DNA of 64,000 nt from assembly GCA_964035545.1 (NCBI GenBank), contig CAXIUT010000103.1:62001-126000 (forward strand). Reading direction: 5' to 3'. The DNA comes from Bugula neritina. Its lineage: Eukaryota; Animalia; Bryozoa. This document shows positions 54,401 through 64,000 of this stretch, piece by piece; the stretch's first letter is position 1; each line of letters opens with the position of its first letter. A program made the position numbers and the translations under genes. The notes beneath the pieces are model-generated. The model had not been told where the DNA came from and made no database searches. It saw only the letters and a program-made list of their open reading frames with translations.

Positions 54401-57400
54401 GTTTTATTTTCCCATCCCCTCTCCTGCCCCCCTGTCCCCTCTAACAACCAGCAATCCTGACTCATGTGAATTGTGTTATTGTTCTAGAGTTGGCCCATGG
54501 GCCTACAGTATACGATTTGAAGCTTTATAGTTTACAGGCAGTGGAGATGAGTCACTGCTAAAACCCATTTTGTTAGTAGACTATATTGCTCTTCAATCAT
54601 CAGTTTTCATATTAAAAGAGAAAGCTCATCTGCAGCGCCATTTCACAGTGTTTTATTTTGCAAGAGCAATAACTAATTTTAGATGCCTTTGCAAACATAT
54701 GAGAAATAAATGAGTCATTCTATGAAAAGAGGTGTTTGCAGCAATTGTCCACTTTTGATTTACAAGCGGCATGGAAACTTTTGTAGTTTTAAATAATATC
54801 TCCAAACTCATCACTTGCATGTGTTTATAGACTTGATAAAGTTTTTTATGCAAAACTTGATGCCTGCTTCAAAGACACCAGTGCTTAATTACTGTGTTAA
54901 CTGTATTGGCACGTTGCCATGAGATATTTGGTAATATTTCGCATCACAACAAACTCTTCAGAAAGTTAAGAAAATCAGTCTAGAAAGTTAATGAAATAAA
55001 CCTACCAGAAAGAGTAAGCCAGATGTAACAAGTAGATCCAAAACAATTAGTTGATTAACAATTGAAGTTGAAATCTCCATGTAGTCAACACTTTAGTCCT
55101 AATGTCAAATGCAAACGTCTGCAACCAAACGGTGTAGACTTCATGAGCTGGTTAGCTGAAAGGACTCATTAAAGTTCTTAACTCTTGTGTGTATAGTGAT
55201 GCCCATCTTGAACTAGAGAGGGCTGACTGAAGACTGCTACTTTGTGAAAATTGACAATGCATATTATTATTATTCATTGTTGAGATTCACGACTGCCATA
55301 AACAATGATAAAATATTCATTGTTGGTACTACTGAGTAGAATAAAATATAATATAATATTATTTTCTGGACAAATAAATAATATCAAATGCATATTATAA
55401 CTTACCATTAATCTACAGTGCTTCACATCTTCACTTTTTTCTGCAATGTTATTTCTTTGCAGTTAGAAGTACTAGTTGAAAATATGACTATGAAACATAA
55501 CCCTTCAATTTCATTGCACCAGCACCAGTTGCAAGATAGGTGTGTTGGGAGTTATCCTTCCCAAAAGTTTTGTTCTTGGTGTTTATACGAAGCAAACACA
55601 GGCTAATATTAGTTTTGTTATTTGTAAGAGTTTTTCTGTCTGATTGTCCATCAGCAAAGTTTGGCCTTGCAGTTATTATGGAAATACCAGTGATGCTGGA
55701 AGACCTTTGCATTGTACACCCGCCTTTACTATTGAATTTAGATGTTTTATTTTCCCATCCCCTCTCCTGCCCCCCTGTCCCCTCTAACAACCAGCAATCC
55801 TGACTCATGTGAATTGTGTTATTGTTCTAGAGTTGGCCCATGGGCCTACAGTATACGATTTGAAGCTTTATAGTTTACAGGCAGTGGAGATGAGTCACTG
55901 CTAAAACCCATTTTGTTAGTAGACTATGTTGCTCTTCAATCATCAGTTTTCATATTAAAAGAGAAAGCTCATCTGCAGCGCCATTTCACAGTGTTTTATT
56001 TTGCTAGAGCAATAACTAATTTTAGATGCCTTTGCAAACATATGAGAAATAAATGAGTCATTCTATGAAACGAGGTGTTTGCAGCAATTGTCCACTTTTG
56101 ATTTACAAGCGGCATGGAAACTTTTGTAGTTTTAAATAATATCTCCAAACTCATCACTTGCATGTGTTTATAGACTTGATAAATTTTTTTATGCAAAACT
56201 TGATGCCTGCTTCAAAGACACCAGTGCTTAATTACTGTGTTAACTGTATTGGCACGTTGCCATGAGATATTTGGTAATATTTCGCATCACAACAAACTCT
56301 TCAGAAAGTTAAGAAAATCAGTCTAGAAAGTTAATGAAATAAACCTACCAGAAAGAGTAAGCCAGATGTAACAAGTAGATCCAAAACAAGTTGATTAACA
56401 ATTGAAGTTGAAATCTCCATGTAGTCAACACTTTAGTCCTAATGTCAAATGCAAACGTCTGCAACCAAACTGTGTAGACTTCATGAGCTGGTTAGCTGAA
56501 AGGACTCATTAAAGTTCTTAACTCTTGTGTGTATAGTGATGCCCATCTTGAACTAGAGAGGGCTGACTGAAGACTGCTACTTTGTGAAAATTGACAATGC
56601 ATATTATTATTATTCATTGTTGAGATTCACGACTGCCATAAACAATGATAAAATATTCATTGTTGGTACTACTGAGTAGAATAAAATATAATATAATATT
56701 ATTTTCTGGACAAATAAATAATATCAAATGCATATTATAACTTACCATTAATCTACAGTGCTTCACATCTTCACTTTTTTCTGCAATGTTATTTCTTTGC
56801 AGTTAGAAGTACTAGTTGAAAATATGACTATGAAACATAACCCTTCAATTTCATTGCACCAGCACCAGTTGCAAGATAGGTGTGTTGGGAGTTATCCTTC
56901 CCAAAAGTTTTGTTCTTGGTGTTTATACGAAGCAGACACAAGCTAATATTAGTTTTGTTATTTGTAAGAGTTTTTCTGTCTGATTGTCCATCAGCAAAGT
57001 TTGGCCTTGCAGTTATTATGGAAATACCAGTGATGCTGGAAGACCTTTGCATTGTACACCCGCCTTTACTATTGAATTTAGATGTTTTATTTTCCCATCC
57101 CCTCTCCTGCCCCCCTGTCCCCTCTAACAACCAGCAATCCTGACTCATGTGAATTGTGTTATTGTTCTAGAGTTGGCCCATGGGCCTACAGTATACGATT
57201 TGAAGCTTTATAGTTTACAGGCAGTGGAGATGAGTCACTGCTAAAACCCATTTTGTTAGTAGACTATGTTGCTCTTCAATCATCAGTTTTCATATTAAAA
57301 GAGAAAGCTCATCTGCAGCGCCATTTCACAGTGCTTTATTTTGCTAGAGCAATAACTAATTTTAGATGCCTTTGCAAACATATGAGAAATAAATGAGTCA

Positions 57401-60400
57401 TTCTATGAAAAGAGGTGTTTGCAGCAATTGTCCACTTTTGATTTACAAGCGGCATGGAAACTTTTGTAGTTTTAAATAATATCTCCAAACTCATCACTTG
57501 CATGTGTTTATAGACTTGATAAAGTTTTTTATGCAAAACTTGATGCCTGCTTCAAAGACACCAGTGCTTAATTACTGTGTTAACTGTATTGGCACGTTGC
57601 CATGAGATATTTGGCAATATTTCGCATCACAACAAACTCTTCAGAAAGTTAAGAAAATCAGTCTAGAAAGTTAATGAAATAAACCTACCAGAAAGAGTAA
57701 ACCAGATGTAACAAGTAGATCCAAAACAATTAGTTGATTAACAACTGAAGTTGAAATCTCCATGTAGTCAACACTTTAGTCCTAATGTCAAATGCAAACG
57801 TCTGCAACCAAACTGTGTAGACTTCATGAGCTGGTTAGCTGAAAGGACTCATTAAAGTTCTTAACTCTTGTGTGTATAGTGATGCCCATCTTGAACTAGA
57901 GAGGGCTGACTGAAGACTGCTACTTTGTGAAAATTGACAATGTATATTATTATTATTCATTGTTGAGATTCACGACTGCCATAAACAATGATAAAATATT
58001 CATTGTTGGTACTACTGAGTAGAATAAAATATAATATAATATTATTTTCTGGACAGATAAATAATATCAAATGCATATTATAACTTACCATAAATCTACA
58101 GTGCTTCACATCTTCACCTTTTTCTGCAATGTTATTTCTTTGCAGTTAGAAGTACTAGCTGAATATATGACTATGAAACATAACCCTTCAATTTCATTGC
58201 ACCAGCATCAGTTGCAAGATAGGTGTGTTGGGAGTTATCTTTCCCAAAATTTTGTTCTTGGTGTTTATACGAAGCAGACACAGGCTAATATTAGTTTTGT
58301 TATTTGCAAGAGTTTTTCTGTCTGATTGTCCATCAGCAAAAATTTGGCCTTGCAGTTATTATGGAAATACCCGTGATGCTGGAAGACCTTTGCATTGTAC
58401 ACCCGCCTTTACTATTGAATTTAGATGTTTTATTTTCCCATCCCCTCTCCTGCCCCCCTGTCCCCTCTAACAACCAGCAATCCTGACTCATGTGAATTGT
58501 GTTATTGTTCTAGAGTTGGCCCATGGGCCTACAGTATACGATTTGAAGCTTTATAGTTTACAGGCAGTGGAGATGAGTCACTGCTAAAACCCATTTTGTT
58601 AGTAGACTATGTTGCTCTTCAATCATCAGTTTTCATATTAAAAGAGAAAGCTCATCTGCAGCGCCATTTCACAGTGTTATATTTTGCTAGAGCAATAACT
58701 AATTTTAGATGCCTTTGCAAACATATGAGAAATAAATGAGTCATTCTATGAAAAGAGGTGTTTGCAGCAATTGTCCACTTTTGATTTACAAGCGGCATGG
58801 AAACTTTTGTAGTTTTAAATAATATCTCCAAACTCATCACTTGCATGTGTTTATAGACTTGATAAATTTTTTTATGCAAAACTTGATGCCTGCTTCAAAG
58901 ATACCAGTGCTTAATTACTGTGTTAACTGTATTGGCACGTTGCCATGAGATATTTGGTAATATTTCGCATCACAACAAACTCTTCAGAAAGTTAAGAAAA
59001 TCAGTCTAGAAAGTTAATGAAATAAACCTACCAGAAAGAGTAAGTCAGATGTAACAAGTAGATCCAAAACAATTAGTTGATTAACAATTGAAGTTGAAAT
59101 CTCCATGTAGTCAACACTTTAGTCCTAATGTCAAATGCAAACGTCTGCAACCAAACTGTGTAGACTTCATGAGCTGGTTAGCTGAAAGGACTCATTAAAG
59201 TTCTTAACTCTTGTGTGTATAGTGATGCCCATCTTGAACTAGAGAGGGCTGACTGAAGACTGCTACTTTGTGAAAATTGACAATGCATATTATTATTATT
59301 CATTGTTGAGATTCACGACTGCCATAAACAATGATAAAATATTCATTGTTGGTACTACTGAGTAGAATAAAATATAATATAATATTATTTTCTGGACAAA
59401 TAAATAATATCAAATGCATATTATAACTTACCATTAATCTACAGTGCTTCACATCTTCACTTTTTTCTGCAATGTTATTTCTTTGCAGTTAGAAGTACTA
59501 GTTGAAAATATGACTATGAAACATAACCCTTCAATTTCGTTGCACCAGCACCAGTTGCAAGATAGGTGTGTTGGGAGTTATCCTTCCCAAAAGTTTTGTT
59601 CTTGGTGTTTATACGAAGCAGACACAGGCTAATATTAGTTTTGTTATTTGTAAGAGTTTTTCTGTCTGATTGTCCATCAGCAAAGTTTGGCCTTGCAGTT
59701 ATTATGGAAATACCAGTGATGCTGGAAGACCTTTGCATTGTACACCCGCCTTTACTATTGAATTTAGATGTTTTATTTTCCCATCCCCTCTCCTGCCCCC
59801 CTGTCCCCTCTAACAACCAGCAATCCTGACTCATGTGAATTGTGTTATTGTTCTAGAGTTGGCCCATGGGCCTACAGTATACGATTTGAAGCTTTATAGT
59901 TTACAGGCAGTGGAGATGAGTCACTGCTAAAACCCATTTTGTTAGTAGACTATGTTGCTCTTCAATCATCAGTTTTCATATTAAAAGAGAAAGCTCATCT
60001 GCAGCGCCATTTCACAGTGTTTTATTTTGCTAGAGCAATAACTAATTTTAGATGCCTTTGCAAACATATGAGAAATAAATGAGTCATTCTATGAAACGAG
60101 GTGTTTGCAGCAATTGTCCACTATTGATTTACAAGCGGCATGGAAACTTTTGTAGTTTTAAATAATATCTCCAAACTCATCACTTGCATGTGTTTATAGA
60201 CTTGATAAATTTTTTTATGCAAAACTTGATGCCTGCTTCAAAGACACCAGTGCTTAATTACTGTGTTAACTGTATTGGCACGTTGCCATGAGATATTTGG
60301 TAATATTTCGCATCACAACAAACTCTTCAGAAAGTTAAGAAAATCAGTCTAGAAAGTTAATGAAATAAACCTACCAGAAAGAGTAAGCCAGATGTAACAA

Positions 60401-60401
60401 G
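21479..60401. repeat. Homogeneous core (U17-U45) built from two interleaved monomer types, A and B
   Basis: Type A has CATAAATC, GCTGAATAT, CAGCATCAG, TCCCAAAATTTT and GCAAAAG/GCAAAAA. Type B has CATTAATC, GTTGAAAAT, CAGCACCAG, TCCCAAAAGTTTT and GCAAAG. In the ORF track these give the 84-aa set versus the 62/106/87-aa set. The order U17-U45 is AABBABBBBABBBAAABAABAAABBBBAB. Confidence 0.88.
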
Positions 60402-63400
60402 TAGATCCAAAACAAGTTGATTAACAATTGAAGTTGAAATCTCCATGTAGTCAACACTTTAGTCCTAATGTCAAATGCAAACGTCTGCAACCAAACTGTG
60501 TAGACTTCATGAGCTGGTTAGCTGAAAGGACTCATTAAAGTTCTTAACTCTTGTGTGTATAGTGATGCCCATCTTGAACTAGAGAGGGCTGACTGAAGAC
60601 TGCTACTTTGTGAAAATTGACAATGCATATTATTATTATTATTCATTGTTGAGATTCACGACTGCCATAAACAATGATAAAATATTCATTGTTGGTACTA
60701 CTGAGTAGAATAAAATATAATATAATATTATTTTCTGGACAAATAAATAATATCAAATGCATATTATAACTTACCATAAATCTACAGTGCTTCACATCTT
60801 CACTTTTTTCTGCAATGTTATTTCTTTGCAGTTAGAAGTACTAATTGAAAATATGACTATGAAACATAACCCTTCAATTTCATTGCACCAGCACCAGTTG
60901 CAAGATAGGTGTGTTGGGAGTTATCTTTCCCAAAATTTTGTTCTTTGTGTTTATACGAAGCAGACACAGGCTAATATTAGTTTTGTTATTTGCAAGAGTT
61001 TTTCTGTCTGATTGTCCATCAGCAAAAGTTTGGCCTTGCAGTTATTATGGAAATACCAGTGATGCTGGAAGCCCTTTGCATTGTACACCCGCCTTTACTA
61101 TTGAATTTAGATGTTTTATTTTCCCATCCCCTCTCCTGCCCCCCTGTCCCCTCTAACAACCAGCAATCCTGACTCATGTGAATTGTGTTATTGTTCTAGA
61201 GTTGGCCCATGGGCCTACAGTATACGATTTGAAGCTTTATAGTTTACAGGCAGTGGAGATGAGTCACTGCTAAAACCCATTTTGTTAGTAGACTATGTTG
61301 CTCTTCAATCATCAGTTTTCATATTAAAAGAGAAAGCTCATCTGCAGCGCCATTTCACAGTGTTTTATTTTGCAAGAGCAATAACTAATTTTAGATGCCT
61401 TTGCAAACATATGAGAAATAAATGAGTCATTCTATGAAAAGAGGTGTTTGCAGCAATTGTCCACTTTTGATTTACAAGCGGCATGGAAACTTTTGTAGTT
61501 TTAAATAATATCTCCAAACTCATCACTTGCATGTGTTTATAGACTTGATAAAGTTTTTTATGCAAAACTTGATGCCTGCTTCAAAGACACCAGTGCTTAA
61601 TTACTGTGTTAACTGTATTGGCACGTTGCCATGAGATATTTGGTAATATTTCGCATCACAACAAACTCTTCAGAAAGTTAAGAAAATCAGTCTAGAAAGT
61701 TAATGAAATAAACCTACCAGAAAGTTTCAGCCAGATGTAACAAGTAGATCCAAAACAATTAGTTGATTAACAATTGAAGTTGAAATCTCCATGTAGTCAA
61801 CACTTTAGTCCTAATGTCAAATGCAAACGCCTGCAATCAAACTGTGTAGACTTCATGAGCTGGTTAGCTGACAGGACTCATTAAAGTTCTTAACTCTTGT
61901 GTGTATAGTGATGCCCATCTTGAACTAGAGAGGGCTGACTGAAGACTGCTACTTTGTGAAAATTGACAATGCATATTATTATTATTCATTGTTGAGATTC
62001 ACGACTGCCATAAACAATGATAAAATATTCATTGTTGGTACTACTGAGTAGAATAAAATATAATATAATATTATTTTCTGGACAGATAAATAATATCAAA
62101 TGCATATTATAACTTACCATAAATCTACAGTGCTTCACATCTTCACTTTTTTCTGCAATGTTATTTCTTTGCAGTTAGAAGTACTAGCTGAATATATGAC
62201 TATGAAACATAACCCTTCAATTTCATTGCACCAGCATCAGTTGCAAGATAGGTGTGTTGGGAGTTATCTTTCCCAAAATTTTGTTCTTGGTGTTTATACG
62301 AAGCAGACACAGGCTAATATTAGTTTTGTTATTTGTAAGAGTTTTTCTGTCTGATTGTCCATCAGCAAAAGTTTGGCCTTGCAGTTATTATGGAAATACC
62401 AGTGATGCTGGAAGACCTTTGCATTGTACACCCGCCTTTACTATTGAATTTAGATGTTTTATTTTCCCATCCCCTCTCCTGCCCCCCTGTCCCCTCTAAC
62501 AACCAGCAATCCTGACTCATGTGAATTGTGTTATTGTTCTAGAGTTGGCCCATGGGCCTACAGTATACGATTTGAAGCTTTATAGTTTACAGGCAGTGGA
62601 GATGAGTCACTGTTAAAACCCATTTTGTTAGTAGACTATATTGCTCTTCAATCATCAGTTTTCATATTAAAAGAGAAAGCTCATCTGCAGCGCCATTTCA
62701 CAGTGTTTTATTTTGCTAGAGCAATAACTAATTTTAGATGCCTTTGCAAACATATGAGAAATAAATGAGTCATTCTATGAAAAGAGGTGTTTGCAGCAAT
62801 TGTCCACTTTTGATTTACAAGCGGCATGGAAACTTTTGTCGTTTTAAATAATATCACCAAACTCATCACTTGCATGTTTTTATAGACTTGATAAATTTTT
62901 TTATGCAAAACTTGATGCCTGCTTCAAAGATACCAGTGCTTAATTACTGTGTTAACTGTATTGGCACGTTGCCATGAGATATTTGGTAATATTTCACATC
63001 ACAACAAACTCTTCAGAAAGTTAAGAAAATCAGTCTAGAAAGTTAATGAAATAAACCTACCAGAAAGAGTGAGCCAGATGTAACAAGTAGATCCAAAACA
63101 ATTAGTTGATTAACAATTGAAGTTGAAATCTCCATGTAGTCAACACTTTAGTCCTAATGTCAAATGCAAACGTCTGCAACCAAACTGTGTAGACTTCATG
63201 AGCTGGTTAGCTGAAAGGACTCATTAAAGTTCTTAACTCTTGTGTGTATAGTGATGCCCATCTTGAACTAGAGAGGGCTGACTGAAGACTGCTACTTTGT
63301 GAAAATTGACAATGCATATTATTATTATTCATTGTTGAGATTCACGACTGCCATAAACAATGATAAAATATTCATTGTTGGTACTACTGAGTAGATTAAA

Positions 63401-64000
63401 ATATAATATAATATTATTTTCTGGACAAATAAATAATATCAAATGCATATTATAACTTACCATAAATCTACAGTGCTTCACATCTTCACTTTTTTCTGCA
63501 ATGTTATTTCTTTGCAGTTAGAAGTACTAGTTGAAAATATGACTATGAAACATAACCCTTCAATTTCATTGCACCAGCACCAGTTGCAAGATAGGTGTGT
63601 TGGGAGTTATCTTTCCCAAAATTTTGTTCTTGGTGTTTATACGAAGCAGACACAGGCTAATATTAGTTTTGTTATTTGCAAGAGTTTTTCTGTCTGATTG
63701 TCCGTCAGCAAAAGTTTGCGCCTTGCAGTTATTATGGAAATACCAGTGATGCTGGAAGACCTTTGCATTGTACACCCGCCTTTACTATTGAATTTAGATG
63801 TTTTATTTTCCCATCCCCTCTCCTGCCCCCCTGTCCCCTCTAACAACCAGCAATCCTGACTCATGTGAATTGTGTTATTGTTCTAGAGTTGGCCCATGGG
63901 CCTACAGTATACGATTTGAAGCTTTATAGTTTACAGGCAGTGGAGATGAGTCACTGCTAAAACCCATTTTGTTAGTAGACTATATTGCTCTTCAATCATC
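60402..64000. repeat. Right flank layer (U46-U48 partial) where older left-side alleles reappear
   Basis: U46 has CTTTGTGTT and GTTTCAGCC. U47 has CGCCTGCAATC and GAGTGAGCC. U48 has GTAGATTAAA and TTTGCGCC. Confidence 0.85.

Larger units (their letters stand above)
1..64000. repeat. Tandem macrosatellite array, ~1,343-bp monomer, ~47.7 head-to-tail copies; both array ends lie outside the window
   Basis: The anchor TAGATCCAAAAC recurs at 1, 1342, 2683, 4026, 5367, 6710, 8050, 9394, 10737, 12080, 13423, 14765, 16108, 17450, 18792, 20135, 21479, 22822, 24165, 25508, 26848, 28191 ... 59059, 60402, 61745 and 63088. Spacing is 1340-1344 bp. No insertions, inversions or truncated internal units were seen, and the ORF track repeats with the same period. 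Confidence 0.99.

Noticed and set aside
1-64000. CRISPR array or prokaryotic repeat system
   Set aside because: There is no short repeat/unique spacer alternation and no cas-like ORF. The unit is 1.34 kb and entirely repeated.

Overview
The whole 64 kb window is one uninterrupted head-to-tail tandem array (macrosatellite) of a ~1,343-bp, AT-rich (~35% GC, estimated by hand), CpG-poor monomer. It holds 47 complete copies plus a 913-bp partial copy, all in the same orientation. I see no protein-coding gene, rRNA, tRNA, CRISPR array or recognisable transposon. The short ORFs in the track recur only because the monomer repeats, and they open, close and frameshift freely between copies. I cannot assign the monomer to a named family or organism; the CpG depletion suggests a methylated eukaryotic genome. 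Most of the interest lies in how variants are arranged. A homogeneous core (U17-U45) is flanked on both sides by progressively older variant layers in roughly mirror order. There are local dimer/trimer higher-order repeats, long-range block duplications, mosaic monomers, length-compensating indels and at least one apparently templated multi-nucleotide mutation. Each monomer also carries a minus-strand G-quadruplex motif, a cluster of three AP-1 heptamers, an NFI-like site, several dyads/hairpins and splice-like signals. Whether these make the array a transcribed or regulatory locus is untested inference. Unit numbering U1-U48 uses TAGATCCAAAAC as an arbitrary monomer start.
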